In this document: one piece after another, positions 10,135-22,186 of the stretch
Position numbering within the stretch: position 1 is the first letter of the stretch
Layout of the letters: the number at the start of each line of letters is the position of its first letter
DNA from: Octopus bimaculoides
Taxonomy: Eukaryota
DNA: 64,000 nt
Assembly (NCBI RefSeq): GCF_001194135.2
Contig: NC_068983.1
Location: 91,864,252-91,928,251 of the forward strand
Reading direction: 5' to 3'
Translations under genes and position numbers: made by a program
Notes under the pieces: model-generated
The model's database searches: none
What the model was told of the DNA's origin: nothing
What the model saw: the letters and a program-made list of their open reading frames with translations, nothing else

Positions 10135-12364
10135 CGTGATGTCATACACGAGAAATGTGTCTGCATGGATGATGGTGCCCTTGTGTTTAATGATTCTGCA
10201 AAGGAAGAGGCTTGGAGATGCCATTATGAAAGCCTGCTGAATGTGGAGAATGAATGGGAGGAGGAGAGTCTGCCAAAGGTTGACTCAACTGAGGGACCAG
10301 CTACTCGAATCAACAGTACCCTGGTAGATAAAGCAATTAAAGACAAGAAGACAGGGAAAGCATTTGACCCATCAGAAATCACTGCTGAGATGCTTAAAAT
10401 ATCGGGTGGTGTGTGTTATGGTCTTGTCACCTGCATTGTAAATCAGGTAGTTCATGAAGGAGTCATACCCAATAGTTAACTGCACCATAGTTAACTGCTA
10501 CAAAGATAAAGGTGATACTTTAGATAGAAATAACTACAGAGGTATCAAATTATTGGATCAGGTGATGAAAGTTAGAGAGGGACATAGCCCAACTAATTAG
10601 GGAGAGAGTTAGCCGAGATGAGATGCAGTTTGGTTTTGTGCCAGGCAGAAGCACCACTGATTCTATATTTCTGGCAAGAGAAATATCTAACCAAAGATAA
10701 ACCTCTGTACCTGGCTTTTGTTGACTTGGAGAAAACCTTTGACAGGGTCTCTCGATCCCTTATCTGGGGGTCAATGTGGAAACTCAGGATAGATGAGTAT
10801 TTGGTAAGAGTTGTACAAGCCCTGTACAGGGATGCTGTCAGTAAGGTGAGGGTTGGCAATGAATATAGTGAAGAATTCCAGGTAGAAGTAGGAGTTCGCC
10901 AAGGATCAGTCCTCAGCCCCCTCTTATTCATCATAGTATTCCAGGCAATAACAGCGGAAAAAAGACAGGTTGCCCCTGGGAGCTCCTCTATGCTGATGAC
11001 CTTGCTCTAATAGCTGAGTCACTGCCAGGACTAGAAACAAAGTTTAGGGTGTGGAAGCAAGGTCTAGAATCTAGGGTTAACCTAACAAAAACCAAAGTCT
11101 TAGTAAGTAGGAAGGCTGATAAATCACAAACCCCTGCCCAATCTGTAGAAAAGGCATGGGTAGAAACTCCATATGATGTACTTGGTGTAAGCTTTGGACA
11201 CATAAAAGGTGCAGCAATATCAAAGGAAGGTTAACCAGGAAGATAGTTTTTGTGTGTGACAGATGCACAGGGGTGATAAACACTGAAGATGTACAGAAAA
11301 CAGATTCCATCACATGCCAAGGGAAAAAAACTAGAAGTAGTTGATAGCTTCCGCTACCTAGGTGACCAAGTCTATAGTGGGGGTGGTTGCTCTGAGAGTG
11401 TAGTGGCTAGAATAAGAATAGCCTGGGTAAAGTTCAGGGAGCTCCTACCTTTGCTCAGGATGAAAGATAGACTGTATAATGCATGTGAGCAAACTGCCAT
11501 GCTACACGGTAGTGAAACATGGACCATGACTACTGAGGACATGTGTAGGCTTGAATGAAATGAAGCTAGTATGATCCGCTGGATGTATAATGTCATTTTG
11601 CATACACGACAGAGTGTGAGCACCCTGAGAGAAAAGTTGGACATAAGACGCATCAAATGTGGTGCACAAGAGAGACGACTGTGCTGGTATGGTCATGTGT
11701 TATGTAAGGATGAGGACAGCTGTGTGAAAAAGTGTCACACCCTAACTGTAGAAGGAACCGGTAGAAGAGGTAGACCCATGAAGACATAGGATGAGATGGT
11801 GAAGCATCACCTTCGAACATTGGCCTCACAGAGGTAATGACAGGAGACCGAGACCTTTGGAGATATGTTGTGATTGAGGAGACCCGGCCACTAAAGTGAG
11901 GTTGCAACCATGACTGATGCCAGTGTTGTTGTATGTCTGGCCCATTTAAAATTACCCTTGATGCGTTGGGCAATATGATATGCTTCAGAAGACCTGTTGA
12001 GTCAAGTAAAACAAAAATCGTAGCTGCAGCCAGTGCCTCATGACTGGGTCCTGTGCTGGTGGCACTATCCGAATATGGTTGATGCCAGGTCCGCCTGACT
12101 GGCTCTCATGCCGGTGGTACACAAAAAGCACCATTTGAACATGGCTGATGCCAGGCCCGCCTGACTGGCTCCTGTGCCGGTGGCACGTAACAAGCACCCA
12201 CTATACTCTTGGAGTGGTTGACATTAGGAAGGGCATCCAGCTGTAGAAACATTGCCTGATCAGATTGGAGCCTGGTGCAGCCGCTGGCTTTCCTGACCTC
12301 AGTCAAACTGTCCAACCCATGCCAGCATGAAAAACGGACGTTAAACGACGACAATGATGATGAT
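10135..12364 (+). mobile_element. RTE-clade LINE, 5'-truncated (RT, PHD-like insert, 3' UTR, (GAT)n tail)
   Basis: YLAFVDLEKTFDRV, GVRQGSVLSPLLF, YADD (~10989-11000), LEVVDSFRYLG, RRLCWYGHV, GRRGRP; tail GGACGTTAAACGACGACAATGATGATGAT. Confidence 0.92.
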
Positions 12365-12426
12365 GTGTGTGTGTGTGTGTGTGTCTGTATATGAATATGC
12401 ATATATATATATACACACACACACAT

Positions 12427-13382
12427 GTAGCTGCTAGAATAAGAATAGGCTGGGCAAAGTTCAGAGAGCTCCTACCTCTGTTGATAACAAAGAGCCTTTC
12501 TCCCAGAGTGAAAGGCAGGTTGTATAATGTCTGTGTGCAAACAGTCAAGCTATATGGGAGTGAAACATGAACTGTAACTGCCAAGGACATGTGTAGGCTC
12601 TAAAGAAATGAAGCTAGTATGCTTCGCTGGATGTGCAATGTCAGAGTGCATGTATGACAGAGTAGAAAAAAAAGTTGGGGATAAGAGGTATCAGACGTGG
12701 TGTGCAAGAGAGATGACTTGGTATGGTCAGGTGATGTGGATCAATGTGGACAGTGGTTTGAACAAGTGCCAATCTCTAACGGGAGGGAAGCTGTGGAAGA
12801 GGGAGTCACAGGAAGACATGAGATGAGGTAGTGAAGCATGATCTTCAAACATTGGGCTTCATGGAGGCAATGACTAGTGACCAAGACCTTTGATGATATG
12901 CCATGCTTGAGAAGACCCAACAAACCAAGTGAAATCATAGTCGTGGCTACTGCTGGTGTCATGTAACTGGCGTCTGTTCTGGTGGCACATAAAAAGCACC
13001 TTTCGAGCATTGGACCTCATGGAGGTAATGTGGCCGATGTTATTGTCACATAAAAAAGTACGTTTCAAGTGGTGGGCCTCATGGAGGCAGTGACAAATGA
13101 CCAAGACCTTTGACAATATGCTGTGCTTGAGAAGACCCATCAATCCAAGGGAAATCATAGTCGTATCAGATACTGGTGTCATGCAACTGGCACCCTTGCC
13201 AGTGGCATGCAAAAGCACCTATTACACTCTCAGAGTGGTTGGCATTAGGAAGGGCATCCAGCTGTAGAAACCATGCCAAAACAGACTGGAGTCTGGTGTA
13301 GCCCCTTAGCTTACCAGCCCTGGTCAAATCATCCAACTCATGCCAGCATGGACAACAAACATTAAATGATGATGATGATGAT
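12427..13382 (+). mobile_element. RTE LINE 3' fragment
   Basis: RIRIGWAKFRELLPLL..RLYNVCVQTVKLYGSET; same 3' UTR and (GAT)n tail. Confidence 0.88.
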
Positions 13383-13519
13383 ACACACACACACATGTAT
13401 ATATATATTTTATTTATGAAGGTATGGGCTAGTATATGTAGATGTGTATGTGTACAAGTTGGTGTACTGATGGAAACTCATGTGTGTATGTGTATATATA
13501 TATGTGTGTATGTATAAGT

Positions 13520-14977
13520 GTTAGGATTATATGAAAGTTACAGAGAGGATCACAGCTCAACTAATTAGGAAGAGAGTTAATCTAGATTGGACGCAGTTTG
13601 GTTTTGTGTCAGGGAGAAGCACCACTAATGCTATATTCCTGGTAAGGCAGCTGCAGAAGAACCTAGCCAAAAAAAGCCCTCTGTACTTTTGATGACATGG
13701 AGAAAACCTTTGACTGAGTCCCCTACTACTTTATCTAATGGTCAATTCAGAAGCCATGGATAGATAAGTGGTTGGTGAGAGCTGTACAAGCCATGTACAG
13801 GGATGCTGTCAATAATATGAGAGTCGGCAATGAGTATAGCAGTGAATTCAGTGTGCAAGTAGTTCAAGGTCTTCAGCCACCTCTTGTTCATCATAGTCCT
13901 CCAAGGATTTAAGATGGATTGATTTTGAGAGCACCTCTATGCTGATTACTTTTTTCTTAAAGCTGAATCACTACCAGAACTAGAGAAAAAATTTCAGATG
14001 TGGAAGCAAGGTCTGGAATGAAAGGAACTTAGAGTTAATTTATCAAAGACCAAGGTCTTTGTAAGTAGGAAGGCAGACAAATCACAAATCCTTTTAGATA
14101 GATTGTCTTGCTCAATTTGTAGAAAAGGCATAGGTAGAAACTACACAAGGTGTACTAAGTGCAAGCTACGGACACATAAGAAGTGCAGCAATATCAGAGG
14201 AAGATTGACAGAGAGAGTAGTCTTTGTGTGTGGCAGGTGTATAGGTACAATAAACACTAGAAATGTACAGAAAGTAGAGTATGCCAGTGGAGAATACTTA
14301 GAAGTATTAGAATGCCAGAGGGGATAGTTGGAAGTAGTAGATAGCTTCTATTAACTGGGTGACCAAGTTTGCACTGGAGGAGAATGCTTTGAGAGCATAG
14401 CTGCAAATATAAGAATAGGCTGGGCAAAGTTCAGAGAGCTTCTACCTTTTTTGTTTTGGTAACAAAGGGCATCTCTCTCAGATGAAAGGCGTATTGTGTG
14501 TGAATAGTTATGCTACATGGTAGTGAAACATGAACTGTAACTGTAGAGGACAAGTGAAGTCTTGAAAGAAATGAAGTTAGTATGTCTCACCGGATATGCT
14601 GTGTCTGTGTGCACATGTGAAGTGTCTTTAGAGAAAAATTGGGCATAAGATATGATGTGCAAGAGAGAAGACTGCACTGGTATGGTCATGTGATGTGTAA
14701 GGACAAGGACAGCTGTGTAAAGAAGTACCAGTCTTTAACTGTGGAAAAAATCTGTGGAAGAGGTAGACTCAGAAAGACATAGGACAAGGTGATGAAATAT
14801 GATCTTTGGATTTTGTATCTCACGGAGGCAATGACAAGTGAAATAGACCTTTGGTGATTTGCTGTGCTTGAGAAGACACATCAAGCCAAGTGAAATTGTG
14901 GTTGTGGCCAGTGCTGGTGACATGTAAAAGGCACCCTGTATACTTTTGGAGTGGTTGGCATTAGGAAGGGCATCCAG
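13520..14977 (+). mobile_element. RTE LINE fragment with an intact-looking PHD-like finger
   Basis: Decayed RT; CSICRKGIGRNYTRCTKCKLRTHKKCSNIRGRLTERVVFVCGRC at 14109-14240; partial 3' UTR. Confidence 0.88.
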
Positions 14978-15029
14978 TCATGAGTACAGGTATATTTATA
15001 TGTATGTATGTCTCTTCTATTTTTTTAAT

Positions 15030-16050
15030 TATTATAAATCTTCCATTGAGGAAGGGAGCTGGTTTCCAATAAAGATACAAGACTCCATCTTTGGGTTGTA
15101 GTTAACACAGACAAATTCACATTTGGAACTTGAAAAAAGTCTTGCATATTTTTACTGTCTCACTCACAGATTGGACTTGTAATGTATGTATCAGCCAGTC
15201 AATTTCTCTTTCTGAAAATCCTAGTTTATCCAGATGCTCTTTTAAGCATTTACTAACAAAACCTAGTGCTCCAATTATTATTGGTATGAATATGAATTCA
15301 TAGTCTGGATATAGAAGCTGGAGGTTTCGAAGCAGTTGTCCATAGATATCCTCTTTTTCTTTGATTTTCAAAGAGATATTTATATCTGTAGGGTAGCTAA
15401 CCTCTATGATGGTACATACCTATGCCCCTCTATCCCAAACAATATCCGGCCTGTTATGCTTACATATGACAGAAGTTTTGGTGGGAATATTCCACCAGTA
15501 TTCCTTGAGTTATGAATGTATTCCATAACAGAGGGATTGTTTAAATTTATTTCAGGACAGTCGTTTTTGCAGATGGCATTGTAAACTGTTTTAGCAACAA
15601 CATCATGCCGCATAGAGAGGTAGTACCATGACAACATTTTAGGGCAGCTGCTAATCACATGCGTAATGTCCTCCACAGAAACATGACATAGTCTGTACAT
15701 GCGGTTGCACCTTGGGATTACAAGAGTGTTACTGTCTCTCTTATTCATCAGGTACTTTGTGGTAATCTCCTGTTCCTAGATTGCAAATGCATAACCTTCA
15801 AAGTATGATGTGATGTAGTGGTCCTGTGTCCAAGAGAGACTGCACTTTGTGTCAATTCTACTGTCTTCTTCAAGCTTCCAGGCAACATACCCATGCATGG
15901 TCTTTTTCTTGTATGCTGAGTGCTATCCATCCAGGTCTTCTTTGAGGTAAGAGAGCCCAGCTGTTTTGGGGCTGTATAGGAGATCATCAGGAAGAGAATG
16001 TTTCTTGAAGAGTTCACTGCCAACTAGTACAATGTTGCTCACTTCACTTT
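15030..16050 (-). mobile_element. Non-LTR element with restriction-like endonuclease (R4/Dong-like), 3' part
   Basis: RLCHVSVEDITHVISSCPKM..Y..MRHDVVAK (CCHC-like), KEKEDIYGQLLRNL..IPIIIGALG, LQVQSVSETVKICKTF. Confidence 0.8.
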
Positions 16051-16324
16051 TCAGGACTGCATATATTCATTTTCACTACTGTTGTTTTTATATGTTAGGC
16101 CTTAAATCTCAATATCTGAGCATTTCCTCATGTCTGCATGGTAGAAAGTTAGAATTTTTTTGTCTTTGTACAGAGTCTCATGAGCTGGCCATAAGGCTTT
16201 AGCTTTCGTGGATATGAAACCTTTGGTAACTCTATGACCAGAATTAAGATTTTTGTTCTAATTATTCCTCTATTTTTTAGAGTGTGGTTCTTTTCTGATA
16301 TGTGTGTGTGTGTGTGTGTGTGTG

Positions 16325-16688
16325 TAGCAATAAGAAAATGGAGGAGAATATGAGGTACTCATCAACTTGCGGACACTGTATTCTGTTGACTAATCTGTTT
16401 ATTTTATAACCAAAATGACAGTATAGACAATATACAGACACTTATGACATACCATGTCATATCAACAATTAAGATTTCAAATTTAAAGGACATCTAGCAA
16501 TTGGCCCTTCTCCAATTGCTAGATGTCCTTTAAATTTGAAATCTTAATTGTTGATATATGGTATATCATAAGTATCTGTATATTGTCTTTGTTGTCATTT
16601 TGGTTATAAAATAAACAGATTAATCAACAGGATACAGTGTCTGCAAGTTGATGAGTACCTCATATTCCCCTCCATTTTCTTATTGCTA
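16325..16688. repeat. 364-bp fold-back palindrome (arms ~180 bp, loop CCCTTCT 16505-16511)
   Basis: ...AAAGGACATCTAGCAATTGG-CCCTTCT-CCAATTGCTAGATGTCCTTT...; outer TAGCAATAAGAAAATGGAGG / CCTCCATTTTCTTATTGCTA. Confidence 0.93.
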
Positions 16689-16959
16689 TATAAATTTAGG
16701 GTTAAAAAAAAAACCCTTTTACCCGCACCCACTTATTGCACTTGGTATAACACTAGTGTAACAATAATTGGGTACCCTCCCAGCAGTATATTGGATAGAT
16801 ACTATCCCTTAGTGGGTTGAATCCTCAACCCCTAACTCTCTTGGTATATATATATATATATATATATATTAATAAATTATAGGGCAGCAAAAAAATTTTA
16901 GAAATTTTATTTGCCACCAGTGGTCTAGCGAGAATAAAAATCAATCAATAAACTATATA

Positions 16960-17263
16960 NNNNNNNNNNNNNNNNNNNNNNNNNNNNNNNNNNNNNNNNN
17001 NNNNNNNNNNNNNNNNNNNNNNNNNNNNNNNNNNNNNNNNNNNNNNNNNNNNNNNNNNNNNNNNNNNNNNNNNNNNNNNNNNNNNNNNNNNNNNNNNNNN
17101 NNNNNNNNNNNNNNNNNNNNNNNNNNNNNNNNNNNNNNNNNNNNNNNNNNNNNNNNNNNNNNNNNNNNNNNNNNNNNNNNNNNNNNNNNNNNNNNNNNNN
17201 NNNNNNNNNNNNNNNNNNNNNNNNNNNNNNNNNNNNNNNNNNNNNNNNNNNNNNNNNNNNNNN
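16960..17263. other. Assembly gap (others: 4528-4537, 22101-22110, 34064-34163, 48241-48250, 51231-51908, 52898-53190)
   Basis: Runs of N. Confidence 1.
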
Positions 17264-17719
17264 ATTTTCTTTCAGAAATTAGCCAAAAAATATTTTATCA
17301 TTATTAATAAATTATAGGGCAGCAAAAAAATTTTAGAAACTAATAATGATAAAATATTTTTTGGCTAATTTCTGAAAGAAAATCGGCATTTTTGTATTTG
17401 CTGCCGATAAGGTAAATTTTGAAAAATTAAGCATATAAGCATAAGCCATGTTTCCTTTGACTCGTGTTTATGTGCTCTTCTGGTTATTCTGCTGAAGATA
17501 GTGACCTTGTGAGTTATATTTTTATCTTGCTAAAATAACTTGAAACCATGGTACGGAATATAGATTGGTAAATGTCTTTATTTTCATTCCCTTTCGAAAT
17601 TATCCCTAGTTTTGTGGTATAGAGTTTTTTGCTGCTCTTTCTAGTGGGTCAGATGTCCTACTATAGGCATCCCTGTATTTTAAATGAATTATATATATAT
17701 ATATATGTACATTTATGCA

Positions 17720-17926
17720 TTTATTTGTGTGTCTGTGTTTGTACCTTCACCATTGCTTGACAACTGATGTTGGTGTGTTTACCTCTCCATAATCTAGCGG
17801 TTCAGCAAAAGAGACTGATAGAATAAGTACTAGGCTTACAAAGAATATGTCCTGGGGTAAATTTGTTCAACTAAAGGTGGGGCTCCAGCATAGCCGCAAT
17901 CAAATAACTGAAACAAGTAAAAGAAG

Positions 17927-17927
<1 letters not shown>
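17720..17927 (+). mobile_element. SINE 3' half (family B)
   Basis: GTGTCTGTGTTTG..TTGCTTGACAAC..TAGCGGTTCAGCAAAAGAGACTGATAGAATAAGTAC..GCTCCAGCATAGCCGC..GAAACAAGTAAAAG; related copy 56140-56345. Confidence 0.7.
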
Positions 17928-17970
<43 letters not shown>

Positions 17971-17974
<4 letters not shown>

Positions 17975-19368
17975 GTCATTAAGAATGAAATGACCAATTT
18001 TCTTATGAACCAAGTTTGACAATCGTTAACTCTAATGTTTTATTCTGACAATTCTTTGTTTTACAACATTGAAGAGTTACATCATCACTTTTTGAAATGC
18101 AATTCATAGTATCTGATTACATTGTGAATTTTCTCTTGTAAATCAATTTTTGTGAACCCATGGAAAAATTCCTGTTGTTTATGAATATGAGTTCTGTTGT
18201 AGAACCAGTGCATCCGAGAGAGCTTGAAACATCAGTGAGGTGTTTGGTGAAGATGTGGCGAATGAGTGCCCTGTACGTCGATGGTTTGAGATGTTCTGGT
18301 CTGGTGACTTTACTCTTGAAAATCAGTCCCATGGTAGACCTGAGACCAAGGTAGATAATGATGAGCTGGAAACTGTAGTGGAAGCAGATACATCTCAAAT
18401 TACGCATGAGTTAGCAGCAAGGTTTGATGTTTTGATTCCATCTGAAACAAATTAGCAAGGTAAAGAAGCTAGACAAGTGGGTACCACATGAACTGAACGA
18501 GCATCAAATGACATGTCATCATGAAACTTGCTGTTCTTTGCTATTACAGCATAAAAGTGAACCATTTTTGCATCTTATTGTAACGTGCGATGAAAAATGG
18601 TAGTTGGATAGAGATGAAGTGCTAAAACACAATCCAAAATAGAATATTTACCAAAAGAAGCTAATGATGTCTGTTTAGTGATCCAGTACTGGTGCCATCC
18701 ACTACAGCTTCATGAGACCTGGTAAGTCAATTACAGTGGATGTATACATCAACCAATTGGATGAAATGAGTAAATTTGAAATTAAACAACCAGGATTGGT
18801 CAACAGAGACAGGCCAATTCTCTTGCAAGACAATGCTTGACCACATGTTGCACAAAGAACACTACTCAAGTTATAGGAACTGAACTTGGAAGTACTCTGT
18901 CATCCACCGACAACTTTTTGCAAGGAAAAACTTCAAATCTGAAGAAGGTGCAAAAACGGCCTTTCATGATTTCATCACTTCTTGCTCTCCAGAATTATTT
19001 GCTGCTAGCATAAATAAGCTATCAATAAAATGGCAAAATTGAAGGTCGCAAGCTGGCAGAAATGGGGTGAAATGCTTAATGGTATTTCGTCTGTCTTTAC
19101 GTTTGGAGTTCAAATTCCACCGAGGTTGACTTTGCCTTTCATCCTTTTGGTGTCGATAAATTAAGTACCAGTTGCTTACTGGGATCAATCTAATTGACTG
19201 GCCCCTTCCTCTAAAATTTTGTACCTTGTGCCTACAGTAGAAAAAAATAAAATGGCAAAATTGTGTTGATAATTTTGGTGCATACTTTGATTAACTGCAT
19301 TGCTTTTGTTGAGATAAAGTAAAATAATTTTCAATTTAAAATTGGATATTTCATTCTTAATGACCTGA
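17971..19368 (+). mobile_element. mariner transposon (second subfamily), decayed, full termini
   Basis: TIR TCAGGTCATTAAGAATGAAAT at both ends with TA; VRRWFEMFWSGDFTLE, KWVPHEL, VTCDEKW, ILLQDNA*PHVA. Confidence 0.9.
19042..19245 (+). mobile_element. tRNA-derived SINE (family A) inserted in the mariner, 18-bp TSD
   Basis: AATAAAATGGCAAAATTG at 19024-19041 and 19246-19263; B-box-like GAGTTCAAATTCC. Confidence 0.88.
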
Positions 19369-19722
19369 TATATATATGTACATATGTTTGCTTGTGTTTG
19401 TGTGATGGCATGTGTGAGTGTATGTTAGTTTTTTTTTATCATAACTGATCCTGTTCTGATGGTCTAGCAGTTTGAAGCTAGTAAATTTGTCTCTGCTATT
19501 CTAGACTGATAGTCTCCCACCTCACCCCTATTCTTTTTTCTTTCTGTCACCCCCTTAACTTTATCTCACCATCTATTTAATACAAATAATTTAGTGTAGC
19601 TTTAGCCATTGACAGTTTTATGACCCTCACCCATATTATATCCAGCTATGCTTTAGTACAGATTGACTCTCTTCATTCCATATCTTGATATTTTTTCTGA
19701 ACCAAATTTTAAATTTTAAGTT

Positions 19723-19921
19723 TTAAAGATACAAAAATAACTTATTCTTAAATCTATGATAATGCTAATACAATAGCATGAACAGGATAAACTATCTGTA
19801 TATTGCAGAAAAATTTGTTACCAGCCATGAATTTTTCTGCAATATATGTATAGTTTATCCTGTTCATATTATTGTATTAGCATTATCATGCATTTGAGAA
19901 TAAATTATTTCTATATCTTTC
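19723..19921. repeat. ~200-bp fold-back palindrome
   Basis: ATGATAATGCTAATACAATA..GAACAGGATAAACTAT..TATTGCAGAAAAATT [loop ~19816-19829] AATTTTTCTGCAATA..ATAGTTTATCCTGTTC..TATTGTATTAGCATTATCAT. Confidence 0.9.
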
Positions 19922-21882
19922 AATACATCTCAATGCTTCTAAAGCAAACTTCGTTTACTTTCATCATAAGTTGAATTTTAAGTTTTAATTCACTTGAAGA
20001 AAAAGTTTTTTTTCTTCATGATGCAATCAGTTTATTCAATAAAACACACCTGAAACAGCTGTAGTGAACTTCAACCCATTTGTGTTCTTTATGTAATCAC
20101 CACAACTGGAACCTTCCCAATGTTGGATCTGGAACTCACAGTAGATCGTGAAACTGCAGGCTGGCATGCATGTATATAATTTCATATTCATGTATACTTG
20201 TATGTGTATGTATATATAAATGTTAGAACATGTCCGTATATGCATGAGTGACTATGGATACATTAATCTCAATCCTAACTTGGTGTTGCTATTATTAAAA
20301 TATCTTCATTCAAACAAATCCTACAAATAATTAATATCACACACACATTACATTACATATGTAACAAATACATGCACTACAATGAATGAGCAGGGAAAAA
20401 GTTATTTTTTACAGATTTTATTTTATTTTCCCATCAATTTGTCTTGTTGGAAACAGTGTACAGATGCTGTAGTTAGGAGTCAGCTGTTATATAGTAGTAA
20501 GAGAATGATAATAATAACAGCAGCTATGCACCTCCAGCCAAGTATCAGGTAGAAATGAGAGATAGGCATGTTAGAAGCAGAAAAACATGCTGTGTCTAGA
20601 AGTGAAAACAAACTGTCCTAAAATATTAGGAGAGAGCATGCTTTTCCAGCAAAGCACTGTGTGAAAAAGGGGATGTGCATTCAGTGAAGATGCTGAACAA
20701 AAGAGAGAGATGAAGAGGAAGATGTTCCTTTGGCAAAGTTGCTTAATGAAAGAGGGAGAATTCTTTTTAGTGTTCTGTATTTACACATGTAAAAAATTGA
20801 ATGTAGGTCAGAGAACAAAAGAAAGTGAATGAGTTTATCTCTAGTGAACTGAAATTAACTTAAGATTTTTAGGAAAACAATAAGAGTTATTTAAGTATGA
20901 CAGTTAGCTCTCATAAATTTCTAAGTGCTAATACCAAGAACAATAGAAAGGAGGTTACAGAAAAATCTAGACAATGTTACATCATTCCATTGATATTCAT
21001 GTGAAATTTCTTCATATTGAAAGATTCAGTTCTACACGAATTGACACTAACATTCTGAAAGATTATTCAGCACTGATTATTGTTAAAAATACTGATATTC
21101 ATTAATGTAGATAACATATGATATGATTCTTCTGAAAAAAATAATTTCTAGTAAATTCACAAATATTAAAATCTGAAATGTTATTATTGATACACATAAT
21201 TATTTGAGATAAAAAGTTTCTGTTGGAAGAGAAATAGCATTCTGATATTCCTGACAATGTTAGTTTGCACATATTACATTAAAAATATTTCCATATTTGG
21301 TGGTTGTGAAATGTAAAATTTCTTGTTTTCTGCAAAACTGTTGAAAATGCCAAATTTTTGCTGCATATAATTAGTGTAGAAAATATTAAGATTTGTTGAA
21401 TTTTTGTCAAATTCTTTGTTGATACTTTACTTACAATTTCCAGACGTTTTGGCAGAGATAATTAAGTGCTCTTATGTGAAAACTGAGAAATTTTGATATA
21501 TGTTACACCCATAAATAATTCGAAATGATACCCCATCCAGTTAATATTCAGATCTATTTTCTTTGACATGAATACAATGGAATTTCTAAACTGAATCTCT
21601 TCAGACTGAAAAATTCCATTGCATGTGCAAAATATTTCCACTTTTGGAGAGTACAAAATTTCAGTATTTCTGCTATTCATGGCTCAGTCACAAATGTAAA
21701 ATTATTATTATTTATACCTACTGCTAAAAATCTAAAAATTTATTGAAATTCTGTTGGATTTGTTAGAAATAATTTCTAGAAGTTTAGCATAAATATTAAC
21801 AATGAAAACTGTGAATTTTTTTATATACACTCATTAGAAGTGCAAAATGTTACATCAGACCACATGTCCACTCACATCAGCT

Positions 21883-21917
<35 letters not shown>

Positions 21918-21918
<1 letters not shown>

Positions 21919-22144
21919 AGGCGGAAAGCTGGCAGAAGTGTTAGCACACAGGGCGAAGTGCTTAGCAGTATTGCATCTGTCTTCATCTTCTGAGTTCGAA
22001 CTTCGCCAACATTGACTTTGGAGTCGATGTAATTGACTGGGGTCGATGTAATCAACTAATCCCTTCCCACATTCAGGCCTTGTGCCTTTAGTTGAAAGGA
22101 NNNNNNNNNNCCCACATTCAGGCCTTGTGCCTTTAGTTGAAAGG

Positions 22145-22186
<42 letters not shown>

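Noticed and set aside
17264-17383. Inverted repeat plus duplicated 33-mer next to a gap
   Set aside because: Directly abuts an N-run and reuses sequence from 16870-16905; probably misassembly.
20036-20160. Minus-strand mini-exon (CAG|...CAG|GTGTGT)
   Set aside because: No polypyrimidine tract or protein homology, and its end matches a repeated 15-mer (also at ~31060).
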